Origin: Mytilus trossulus
Lineage: Eukaryota
Length of the DNA stretch: 64,000 nucleotides
Direction: 5' to 3'
Assembly (NCBI RefSeq): GCF_036588685.1
Contig: NC_086379.1
Coordinates: 80,228,001 to 80,292,000 of the forward strand
Shown piece after piece: positions 53,631 to 64,000 of this stretch; position 1 is the first letter of the stretch, and every line of letters begins with the position of its first letter. The position numbers and the translations under genes were made by a program. The notes under the pieces were generated by a model. The model was not told the origin of the DNA, made no database searches, and saw only the letters and a program-made list of their open reading frames with translations.

Positions 53631-53987
53631 CGTGTTATTGAAGCGCAAATAAAACAGAAAATTTTGCCAAATAAGACTATTGATATGTTAACCAGCGAGT
53701 AGAAAACAGTTTTTGTTTGGATTCATTCAACATTTTATAAATTGAAAATTTATAGAATAGAACTATCAATGATGCTGACTACATGGATTAATATATCAAC
53801 TCAGTGGTTGTCAACAGTCTTCAAAGATATCTGGCTGATAGTTTGAACACCAAATGCACGTTTGGTCTTCATAAGACTTACTAATTATGCTCAAATTAAC
53901 ACAGTTAGGAGGCGATATCAAATAAAAATTAAAGAGCAAAAATAAAACAGAAATTCAAAATAGTTGTGCATGAGAAGGATATGACAA

Positions 53988-54051
53988 AAGAGGGACGAAA
54001 GATATCAAAGGGACAGTCAAACTCATAAATCTAAATCAAACTGACAACGCC
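53988..54051 (-). mobile_element. Short Penelope-like 3'-terminal insert with ATGACAA TSD
   Basis: Reverse complement of the PLE tail; atgacaa at 53981-53987 and 54052-54058. Confidence 0.8.
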
Positions 54052-55149
54052 ATGACAATATATACACATGGATAACCAGAAAACCTAAGTGTTTCTTATA
54101 AGTCAGTTTTTTAAAGGAATTAAATTTACAGACAAAAGAACAGAATAAAATTTCATATGAACACACACGTGCTGATTAGCGGGATGGTTATGCAATATGA
54201 AGCCCCTAGAAGTATTACTAAAACTTTATTGATGAGTCGTAATATTAGTCACAGACGAACATCTATTTTCATCAATTGCATAAGACATATTTATTCTCTA
54301 ACAACTAATCAATTCATGATTACATCCATACAACATTCAAAAAGCTGGTATTCTAATTGAATTAATAGTCGGAGACGCTTATCTTGTCACCGAACCCGAT
54401 TTTGCCCCTTTAGAGTTTGACGTATTGCAGTGTTCCACCTCAGTTTACCAATGCGTTTGATGAGGAAGTAATTTCCTGGAGGTCTATGTAAAAATGTAAC
54501 CATTTGTCTGTTTAAATAATCCCGTATTTTATCTTTTTGAATGGTTAGCAAGGAAAGAGATGGTGTCAATGAATCATTATTTAAAAGCCTTACTTATTTT
54601 GGTCATTATGATGATATTTTATGCGACTATTATACAAGTGATAGGCTTTAAAAGTTAGTCAACTTTAAACGAAAAAAAAGTTTAAACCACCGTACTCTAC
54701 ATTAGAAAATGGTTGTAACAAGTCAGGAATATGGTAGTTGTTTACCATTCGTTTGATATTTTTGACCCTTTGCAATTTGATAAGCGACTTTCATATTTGA
54801 ATTTTACTTTGAGTTCGGATTATTTGAGAATTTATCTTTTGTTTATGATTTATGAGTAAAAAAAACTGGATTGCCGTGAGAAAAAAAGTTTTAAAAATAA
54901 CTGATAATTATTTACTGAACAGGAAACACTTTATCATTTATACCGTCAAAATAAAATGAAAAAGCAGGAATTACCTAACTATTGATCATGTGGATATCCT
55001 GTGATTGTAATACATTAAAAATTGAACTTGTATGAGATGACACGACTTTCGTCAACAAAATAAGGAAATCATTCCAAATGAATATGCAGTCATATATATC
55101 AATAAATCCCTTTTTTTTGCGCAAGGCATGCATATACATATTCAGTTGT

Positions 55150-55169
55150 GATTCTAATATTTGTTATAG
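55150..55169 (+). promoter_or_regulatory. 3' splice acceptor upstream of the TLR start codon
   Basis: Branch-like ttCTAAT (55152-55158), T-rich tract, then TAG at 55167-55169, 32 nt before the ATG at 55202. Confidence 0.6.
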
Positions 55170-55201
55170 ATCTATTCCTTGAGAACGTTTATGGGAGCAA
55201 A

Positions 55202-57352
55202 ATGGTATATAGTTGGACGGTACATGTTTTTATTCTTATTTTGTTTTTAGTGTTTGCACATGGAAATCCTAGAAATAACAGTTGCCTGAAACGGTATTGT
55301 AGCTGTAGTCGCAGAAACTCAAAAACTAGATGCTTTTCATTAACATATATTCCAAATATTCCAGAATATTCACAGACGTTAGAACTGACAAATAACAAGT
55401 TTTCAAACATAAATGTGACTCTGTTTGGAAACGTGTCAGGTAATCATATCAAAATTCTTATTTTTAGGAATAATTCGATTAAAAATATCACTTCCGATGC
55501 TTTTGTGACATTAAATCATTTGGAAAGACTACAAATATCGAATGAAAAGAATTTGGACATTTCTGGAATATCTAAGTCATTTAACAGCTTAAACAAATCC
55601 CTGATCAATGTTTTGCGATTTGAAGGAAATAATTGGAATATGTTACCAACCAATATGTTTGATCCTTTGACAGGGTCAAATTTGTCCAGAATATCACTGA
55701 ACGGTAACAATTTGGCAAGTATTGATACCGCAGTTTTTCGACCATTCTACAGAGTTCGAAAAGTATATTGTCGAAAAAGTAAAGTAGTTAATATAATAAT
55801 TGATGAAATTGGATTTCGGACTGTAGAGCATCTAGACCTGACATCTAACAACATAAACAGTGTTCCGAAATTTTGCAATGGAGAAAAAAGTCTTGCACCT
55901 AGACTACGAGCTCTAACACTAAACGACAATGCTCTCAGATTTCTTGAACCCGTTTCGTTCAAATGCTTATACCGTTTAGAAGAACTGCTTTTAGATAGTA
56001 ATCGATTTACATCATTAGGGAATAATGTTTTCACTTATTTAACAAATTTAAAACGACTCACAATCAATACGGCTAATAGGATAACCCGTTTAAGTCCTTT
56101 GGTATTCAACAGTAGTTCGCTACAGAAACTGCAGTTTGCTCAAAATGGATTCATCTTTGATAAATGTAAGCATGGTGTTGCATGTGAACGTTATGACGTG
56201 GACACAATATTTCGGTTTCTACCAAAGCTCGTTGATCTTGACCTTACGAAAAACTTTTTACCCGATGATACGGAATTTTTACTTCGAATGTTTTCTCCTT
56301 TGGTCAAGTTACAAAAGCTTAATTTACATTCAGCATCTTTAGATAAATTGCCCGACAATCTTTTCCAGAAAATGCCTTATCTAGAAATTTTAATTTTAAG
56401 TGGAAATAAATTAGCAAAGTGGAATCAAAATACATTTGCAAACGTTACATCTTTGCGAGCTTTACATATACAGGGAAATAACATCAACCTAATAAATAAG
56501 ACCACCTTCCCGCTTAATTTGTTACTATCCTTAGAAAAACTAGATTTGACCAGCAATCCATTTTGGTGTACTTGTGATCTGATGTGGTTTTTGGATACAA
56601 TTCGGAAAACTAACTTGTCAAAAACTCTTACTAAGTGGCCGTCACGTTACGCCTGTTCATACCCGAATGAGTTGAAATATAGATGGTTAACAAATTATAG
56701 GCCAACTGTTGAAAGCTGTACTCTATGGGATCCGACCGACACAATAATTGCTTTTGTGTTTTTTGGTGTTCTTTTGGTGGTTATTTTGGTTACCATAATA
56801 TTAAAATGCCAAACTAATATCCGAAATATCTTATATCTGATTCGTCTTCATAGGCATAAAAGACGAAACTGCTCGTCGGACTTACCAGCTGAATACGAAT
56901 TTGATGCTTTTATAGTGTATTGTGACTCTGATCGGCATTGGGTACATGGAGAACTTTTAAAACGACTAGAAGAAGTTAATTTGAGGATTTGTGTGCATTA
57001 TAGAGATTTTGAACCTGGCCAGCCAATAACTAGCAATATCGAAAAATTTATGGATAAAAGTTGGAAAATAATAGTTGTCATGTCAAATAACTTTGCTAAG
57101 AGTGAATGGTGTCAGTGGGAAGTATGTTTAGTCCAGGAAAGGAGGCGTCGTAAGGGTAAAAATGCAATGGTTCTTATAATGCGTCAGCAAATTGATTCAA
57201 AACACATGACAAGTCCTCTTCGAACACTTCTTTATACAACACCTTATCTCAAATGCAAAAACGGATTTGGACAAAATATATTCTGGAAGGCTGTGATTCA
57301 TGGTATCAAGAAGACATATAGTGATCCACCTATGGCGATATCATACATTTGA
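55202..57352 (+). CDS. TLR: Toll-like receptor, single-cysteine-cluster (sccTLR/V-type), 716 aa, single coding exon
   Basis: The 734-aa ORF begins at GTG 55148. The first ATG (55202, context aaaATGG) starts a hydrophobic signal peptide MVYSWTVHVFILILFLVFAHG. It is followed by LRRNT (CLKRYCSC...RC), ~16 LxxLxLxxN repeats, one LRRCT (NPFWCTCDL...YACSYP...C), a TM segment (TIIAFVFFGVLLVVILVTIIL, ~56741-56803) and a TIR domain (YEFDAFIVY, HYRDFEPG, SNNFAKSEWCQWE, ~56894-57320). Orthology to a numbered vertebrate TLR cannot be assigned. Confidence 0.96.
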   Translation: MVYSWTVHVFILILFLVFAHGNPRNNSCLKRYCSCSRRNSKTRCFSLTYIPNIPEYSQTLELTNNKFSNINVTLFGNVSGNHIKILIFRNNSIKNITSDAFVTLNHLERLQISNEKNLDISGISKSFNSLNKSLINVLRFEGNNWNMLPTNMFDPLTGSNLSRISLNGNNLASIDTAVFRPFYRVRKVYCRKSKVVNIIIDEIGFRTVEHLDLTSNNINSVPKFCNGEKSLAPRLRALTLNDNALRFLEPVSFKCLYRLEELLLDSNRFTSLGNNVFTYLTNLKRLTINTANRITRLSPLVFNSSSLQKLQFAQNGFIFDKCKHGVACERYDVDTIFRFLPKLVDLDLTKNFLPDDTEFLLRMFSPLVKLQKLNLHSASLDKLPDNLFQKMPYLEILILSGNKLAKWNQNTFANVTSLRALHIQGNNINLINKTTFPLNLLLSLEKLDLTSNPFWCTCDLMWFLDTIRKTNLSKTLTKWPSRYACSYPNELKYRWLTNYRPTVESCTLWDPTDTIIAFVFFGVLLVVILVTIILKCQTNIRNILYLIRLHRHKRRNCSSDLPAEYEFDAFIVYCDSDRHWVHGELLKRLEEVNLRICVHYRDFEPGQPITSNIEKFMDKSWKIIVVMSNNFAKSEWCQWEVCLVQERRRRKGKNAMVLIMRQQIDSKHMTSPLRTLLYTTPYLKCKNGFGQNIFWKAVIHGIKKTYSDPPMAISYI

Positions 57353-57853
57353 TCTAAGCTTATAACCGAAAGACAGAGATGTTACTACAAGAATGACTTA
57401 TACATTCTAAATGTACCTTAACAGATTTTTCCTTCATTTATATTATATACTGATTGTTTTGTTTGTTTTATAAAAGGAAAAGTTTCGCAACTTTGAATGA
57501 GAATCTATCAAATCAATAACACTTTTAGATTTTATGTGTTTTTGCTTTTTTTGGATCAACCTCTACAAGGAATGCTTAAAAGCTTAATATTTTAATTGAA
57601 ACACTGGCTACTGTTTTGAAGATATCCCGGACACTGATAGTCCAACAGCAAACTATTTACTCAGTGCTTATTAATTCAATCGTTAAGCAGGTTTTGGTAG
57701 AAACATAGAAATGTACAAGCATTGAATGGCCACATATTGTATTTATTTTACTTACATGGTCAATATCGGCAATAGTTTTTTTTACAGTTAAATAACTTTT
57801 AATAATATCGAATGACGTTCAGTACAAAAATTTAAGATTTATATCCGAAAGAT

Positions 57854-57859
57854 AATAAA
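57854..57859 (+). promoter_or_regulatory. Candidate polyadenylation signal of the TLR
   Basis: AATAAA ~500 nt after the stop, with several ATTTA motifs in between. Weak evidence in AT-rich DNA. Confidence 0.25.
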
Positions 57860-57944
57860 AATTAAGATGTTCATTACTTCAATTGATTTGTCCTTACCTT
57901 GTTTTGCACTGATATGTATTTATATAAGAAATATAAAAATACTG

Positions 57945-58255
57945 TTTTGTATTCTTATCTTTCATTTTTTGATAATATGCTTAGTCCATATAACTTTTTG
58001 TGTTTCTTTGTTACATATCACTGATGTGGCTCTGTACTTATACATCCCATGATTGTGATGTTTTTCTAATAAGTTTTGTATTCTTGTCTTTCATTTTTAT
58101 TAATGTTGTTTGTCTACATGCCCTTTTGTGTTTCTTCTAGACATAATGACGTTACTTTGAACTTATACATCTCGTCATTGTTGTATTGTACCATATCAGT
58201 TTTTATTTTTATTCTCACTGATCATTTTGGCTAATGCACTATATGCATTATTTGT
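57945..58255. repeat. Diverged ~129-bp tandem repeat, ~2.4 copies
   Basis: ttttgtattctt(a/g)tctttcatttt...ttttgtgtttctt...acttatacatc at 57945 and 58074, partial at ~58205. Confidence 0.75.
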
Positions 58256-60311
58256 ATGAACTAATAATGCCACAGCGCTAGATGATATTTTACTGTTCTA
58301 TTAACAGAAAGTAAAATCACATCAAGACTGAACTCCTTGGAAAATTTAAAATGAAAAGTCCCTAATCAAGTGTTAATATCAAAAGCTCAAACACATCAAA
58401 CGAATGAATAACAACTGTCATATTCCTGACTTGGTTCAGGCGCTTTCTTTTTTAGAAAATGTAGATCAAACCTGGTGGAATAGCTAGCTTCACCTCTAAC
58501 ATGTCTAACAGTTGCATCTTTCATTATATTTACAACGATATGTGAACAAAACAAACTCACACTATAGGTAAAAATATGGAAGCTTATAATAGTCACGAGT
58601 TGAACAGTTCTCAGCTCAACTTGTTGACATAAATAAGTGGTAAAGTTGCATTATATCCAACCTTGTTAACTTGATTGTGTGTACTTGTTTAGTTATTTTC
58701 TAAACATTCCGACTTTCAGAAAGTGTACTTGTTATCTTCTTCTGAACAAGTTGACTTTGACAAAGTAAACAAAAAAGTATAGACTCGCCTTGTGTACATG
58801 GTCTTTGTTCACTTGTAACATAAAACTAGTCTGATAGTAGCATTGCAACACATCTTGTATACTTCATTTTGTGTACTTGTTTAGTTGTTTTCTAAACTTT
58901 CCGACTTTCCGAAAGTGCACTTGTTAACTTCTTCTGAACAAGTTAATATTAACAAAGTGAACAAAATGTTTATTCTCATATTGTGAAGTTGTTTTTGTTC
59001 ACTTTCCTTGCTAAAAAGGTTTACTTGTCGAGTTGTCTCTCACCTTTCTCATATGCTGAAAGTATACTTGTATTGTTTGTATCTAACTAAGTGTACTTTT
59101 TCACAAATACACTTGCTTTGGAAATATTGCAAGTTTATTTGTTGAAAGTCAAGTTCAAAGGTGACCATGCATGAATCCATGTCTTAGCAGGACAGGGGCA
59201 TATAAAATGTGCAGCGGGTTTAAACGTTTTGACCGGCGCGCCAACCTTCAACCTAACGCGAGACAGTGTTACTGTTAAAGTATATTTTTTGGTGTTAGAT
59301 TCAGCATATCCGGCAAAAGGCCACAAAGATTTAATTTTTGAATAAACTATCAAACAAAGTTTAATTTTTGGACCCTTTTGACCTCAAAGTGGACCAATTT
59401 CAAACGGGGCCCAATATCATAATAAAAAAAACCTTAGCAATTCGAGTCTTTAAACTAATTTCCATTGCATTTTTTTTCAATTGATTGTTGCGCAATATCG
59501 AGTAAATTAGATTTAAGAACGTTTTTATGTACAATTTTAAAGAAAGCAATACACTTAAACATAGGGAACTGTCTGGAAACCCGATTACTAATTTTCACCG
59601 CTTGATTGTCCCTTATTTCGAAACGGCAAGGACCCCAATAATTGAAGTGTATCATAATAGTTTGTACTCATTGAAATTTCTTAACAGATTTGTATTTATT
59701 TTCAATTTAAGATTTCTTGCAATTTCGCTAAAAACCATGAGGTTGCTCAATGACGTGCTGCTACGCAATACTGAGTAAATAAGTTTTTTATAATGATCAA
59801 TACGAATCGTTGGAATTTAGATTACCTTATTATGAAAGTTTAATTTCATTTTTAGTTGAGTGTGAAAATTGAAAGGAATCCATATCAGATATGATTTGAA
59901 CTATATATCCAAGACCACCCATTTCATGTTATGAGGATGAAATAAATTTAAAAGTTGCATTTTCCTTTATTTGAACCATTTCTATGGATTTGATGAGGTT
60001 AAAGCTTATCGAATGGGTTACGGATGTAAATAGCTTCATTTTTCAATGAGAACACGTACTGAAAAAACGATAACATGTTCACGGTGCTTTACTTCAAAAA
60101 TGTCCTCTTGGTACCTGGATATCTCAAGACTGACCGTCTTTCGTCGACCCTCTGGTCAAATATTGAACTGTTTCCATTATTTTTCAAGATGAATTTTAAG
60201 ATGATATTCCAAACCAAAAAAAATGTAAATATTAAAAGAATATGCATCAATGTAAACTTATGTATTTGTTGGTATGATTGCCAATGAGCCAGCACCTTTT
60301 TTCGTTTTTCG

Positions 60312-60950
60312 TTTTTTTCGAGCCTGCGACTTTTATCGCTTAAAGCTCGACTTAGGGAAAGTGATCCGGCATCGGCGTCTGCTACGACGGCGGCGGTGTA
60401 AGATAACTTTTCAAAAGCTATATTTTTTTTTATATGTTTTGGACTGTTTCTACTGTATGAAATAGTCTACTGTATTTGGTGCATGGTTTGATTGTAAGGC
60501 GTACATGTCCAACTGACCGGTGTACTCTGACCTTGATCTTATTTTCGTGGTTCAGTGGTCAAAGTTAAGTTTTTGATTTTTGGTCTTTTTTTTTTTTAAT
60601 TCTATATGCAATTATAGGTCAACGATATTTGGTGCATGTAAGGATTTTAAGCTGTACATGTCTGTCTGGTTCTTCTGACCTAGACCTCATTTTCATGGTT
60701 CATTGTTTATTTTTCTTAGTTAAATCTGTTTCTAAGAAAATGTAAGCAACAGGTCATCTATGTTTAATGTATTGATTGATTGTAAGGTGTACATGTATTT
60801 CTTGTTTGGTTTATATGGCCTTGACCTCATTTTTTTTTAATCGTGTTTAGTTTACGTAATAGTTGTAGTAAGACTTTCTTTTTAGGACTATCAACATAAT
60901 GGCAATGGCTAGTAAATAAGAAGAGACAGTTTAGTGTATGCACTTTTGTT
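60312..60950 (+). mobile_element. Helentron/pearl-like non-autonomous element with internal core repeats
   Basis: 5' hairpin tcgagc...gctcga, GGC-rich microsatellite, three ~140-150-bp core repeats (gtacatg...gaccttgacctcatttt) and T-rich ends. Confidence 0.55.
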
Positions 60951-62136
60951 GGTATAAATCTGGCCGTTGGTTTGTCCCGTCTCATATGTTTTACTCAAGT
61001 CATTTCGGGTCATTTTAGATGACTTCGCAGTGCGCCACTTTGAAAATCGTCTCATTGGCAATCATATCATATCTTCGTATCTTTATATCATTATTTTACA
61101 CAAGAGTTAAAAAATATATCCTTTATAATATTATGATTTTGTATGTCATTATTATATACTACTAACACAAGAATGTCGTTAAATGTAATTGAATACCCTG
61201 CATTTACCATGTTTTCCAATAAAATGAGGACAAAATTGCTGAAAGACAAGCCCCCTCATGCATTATAGAAATCTATCATTTACATTGATTATAATATTTG
61301 GGTATACATTAGATATACCAACTCGGGATAACAACGCCCTCATGGTGTATACTCACAAACCGTAAATGTATATATAGCTAATTTCGGCAAAAATTACCAG
61401 AGCAGAACGAAACGTTAACTCGATCAGTTACCCAACATAGTGGACTCGCATACCAAACATTGCCCAATATCTGAAGGCGTTTAGAAAAAAGTCTGATTAA
61501 CTGTTATTTTCAAGAAAATTGCTTTGGAAATATTGCAAGTTTATTTGTTGAAAGTCAAGTTCAAGGGTGACCATACATGAATCCGTGTCTAATCAGGATA
61601 GGGGCATATAAAATGTGCAGAGGGTTTAAACGTTTTGACCGGCGCACCATCCTTCAACCTAACGCGAGACAGTAGTATAACATATCATAATGAAATGCAT
61701 ATAACTTCAACGTCTGCAATTTAGAGTGTTACTGTTAAAGTTTACATTTTTGTGTTAGATTCAGCATATCCGGTAAAAAGCCACAAAGATTCAATTTTTG
61801 AATAAAATATCAATCAAAGTTAAATTTGTAGACCCTTTTGACATCAAAGTGGACCAATTTCAAACGGGGCCCAATATCATAATAAAAAAAACTTTAGCAA
61901 TTCGAGTTTTTAAACTAATTCCCATTGCTTTTTTTTTTTTAAATCAGTTGTTGCGCAATATCGAGTAAATTAGATTTCAGAACATTTTAAGGTACAATTT
62001 TCAAGAAAGCAATACACTCAAACATAGGGAACTGTCTGGAAACCCGAAAACTAGTTTGCTTCGCTTGTTTGTCCCCACTTCCTAAACGGCAAGATCCAAT
62101 AATTGAAGTGTATCGACATGATTTGTACCCATTGAA

Positions 62137-62713
62137 AGGAGTAGGTCCGGTAAGGACGATATTGGCCTCAAATTTCATGTTCATCTGACGAAAGATTTTG
62201 ACTACTTTTTAAACACTTAAGTGTCTATTTTATTTGAATCAATTAGTTTATGTGAACATTTTTAACTGGTTTAGTCATAAAAAACGCACCGATTCAAGGT
62301 GAATTATGAAAAATCTGCCAAATATGCCAAAAAATTTCATTTTCAGATAGTTTTGGTCAAAAATGAAAGTGGCCACATCCGTGTTCATCCTCAACCTTTA
62401 TATATGTTATGTAGTATCATAAAATACAACCTACATTTCAATATTTAGGATGAACACGAATGCAGCCACTTTCGTTTTACACAAAAACCGTCTAAAATTT
62501 AACTGAAATACTAGAATTGTGAAGATTTCAGTAATTTAGCATGACTTTATGGTGCTATTACTCGATATATGTGCATTGCATTGTCAAAATCGGCCCAAAG
62601 TTATGTAGCAGAAGCATGCTATTGTCCAATGAATAACTAAAAGTTAACATTTTACAATTTTGTAAAACTGCTATAGTTTGGGACCAAAAAGGGGTCTTAC
62701 TGGACCTACTCCT
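62137..62713. mobile_element. Kolobok-like MITE (577 bp), 18-bp TIRs, no intact TSD
   Basis: AGGAGTAGGTCCGGTAAG and CTTACTGGACCTACTCCT (1 mismatch). Internal inverted motif gaaagtggccacatccgtgttcatcct / aggatgaacacgaatgcagccactttc. Confidence 0.8.
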
Positions 62714-64000
62714 TTCGGAAAAATCAGAGGAGCACACCGAAACGTAAACTCGATCTGTAACTCATCATAGTAGACTCACATACCAAAATATATATCTTTT
62801 AAAGGCGTTAAGAAAAGATCAAAGAATGTTTCCATTTGCCACAGATGCGGGGTTGCTTGGAAATATATATCTTTTTATTTTTTTTTTATAAAAGAGGCAT
62901 TACTCAGGAACGGTTGAAGTGTTACCCCCAATTTCCAACTTGCTCTGTGTTTCATGGTATTATGTATTGTTTATAAGTTTCATAAGATTTGGTTGAGGCA
63001 ACTAAAGGTAGAGAATAGAAACGGCAGATTTAGCATTTTTTTATGTTTATAAATGGGCATAATATTTATAAATGGGTTGTCGCTTTGACATATTCACCAG
63101 ATCCTTTCTCAATTTTATAACTCAAGAACGGTAAAAGTGACACTCCCCAATTCCGAACTTGATAATATGTTTATGGTAATAAGCATAATGGTTAAGTTTC
63201 ATAATACATATATAAGGTTTTAATTGATTTTGGCCCGTTTGAAATTGATCCATTTTGTGTTGTGGTCAAAAGGATTCAAATTAAACTATGTTTGATAGTT
63301 TATTCAAAAATTAAATCTTTTTGGCTTTTTGCCAGATATGCTGAACACAAAAAATTATACTTTAACTGTAACACTCTAAATTGCAGACGTTGAAGTTATA
63401 TACATTTCATTATGATATGTTATACTACTGTCTCGCGTTAGGATGAAGGTTGATCCGCCGGTCAAAACGTTTAAACCCGCTGCACATTGTATATGCCCCT
63501 ATCCTGATTAGACACGGATTCATGCATGGTCACCTTTGATCTTGATTTTCAACAAATAAACTTCCAATATTTCCAAAGCAAGTGTATTTGTGAAAAGTAC
63601 ACTTAGTTAGATACAAACAAAACAAGTATACTTTCAGTAAATGATAAAGGTGAGAGACAACTCAACATGTAAACATTGTTAGCAAGGACAGTGAACAAAC
63701 AACATCACAAGATGAGAATAAACATTTTGTTCACTTTGTTGATATAAACTTGTTTAGAAGAAGTTAATAAATGCACTTTCTGAAAGTCGGAAAGTTTAGA
63801 AAACAACTAAACAAGTACACAAAATGAAGTATACAAGATGTGTTGCAATGCTACTATCACACTAGTTGCATGGTACAAGTGAACTAAGACCATGCACACA
63901 AGGCAAGTCTATACTTTTTGTTCACTTTGTCAAAGTCAATTTGTTCAGAAGAAGTTAACAAGTACACTTTCTGAAAGTCGAAAAGATTAGAAAATAACTA

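Larger units (their letters stand above)
58690..64000. repeat. Long inverted repeat (58690-59412 vs 63230-64000+) enclosing a direct copy (61519-62136 of 59113-59675)
   Basis: The reverse complement of the window end matches 58690 onward, and the arms contain ~192-bp internal tandem units. The module ttgctttggaaatattgcaag...cctaacgcgagacagt occurs three times. Confidence 0.9.

Noticed and set aside
55148-55201. ORF-track start at GTG 55148
   Set aside because: Non-ATG start that overlaps the branch point and acceptor. The signal peptide begins at ATG 55202.
55189-56342. Short antisense and alternative-frame ORFs inside the TLR
   Set aside because: Shadow ORFs of the real CDS with no recognisable domains.

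Overview
AT-rich, repeat-dense eukaryotic genomic DNA, probably from a bivalve mollusc. The repeat families look mytilid (mussel-like); this is recognition from memory, not a database result. There is one intact protein-coding gene: a Toll-like receptor with a single coding exon (55202-57352, +; signal peptide, LRRNT, ~16 LRRs, one LRRCT, TM, TIR), preceded by a 3' splice site, so its 5' exon(s) lie upstream. The rest is mostly mobile DNA: (i) decayed Penelope-like retroelement (PLE) RT copies with no C-terminal endonuclease, plus many short 3'-end insertions; (ii) short retro-inserts carrying minimal type I hammerhead ribozymes, in two related variants, with one fully intact copy at 48796-48839 (-); (iii) Meta- and V-type SINEs; (iv) several MITEs; (v) a 2.7-kb non-autonomous DNA transposon with CAC termini, ~240-bp TIRs and a 6-bp TSD, nested in a PLE; (vi) minisatellites. 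Two structures are not explained by these elements: a triplicated ~1.5-kb unit with conserved minus-strand splice signals upstream of the TLR, and an inverted/direct triplication at the right end of the window. All coordinates and alignments were read by eye.
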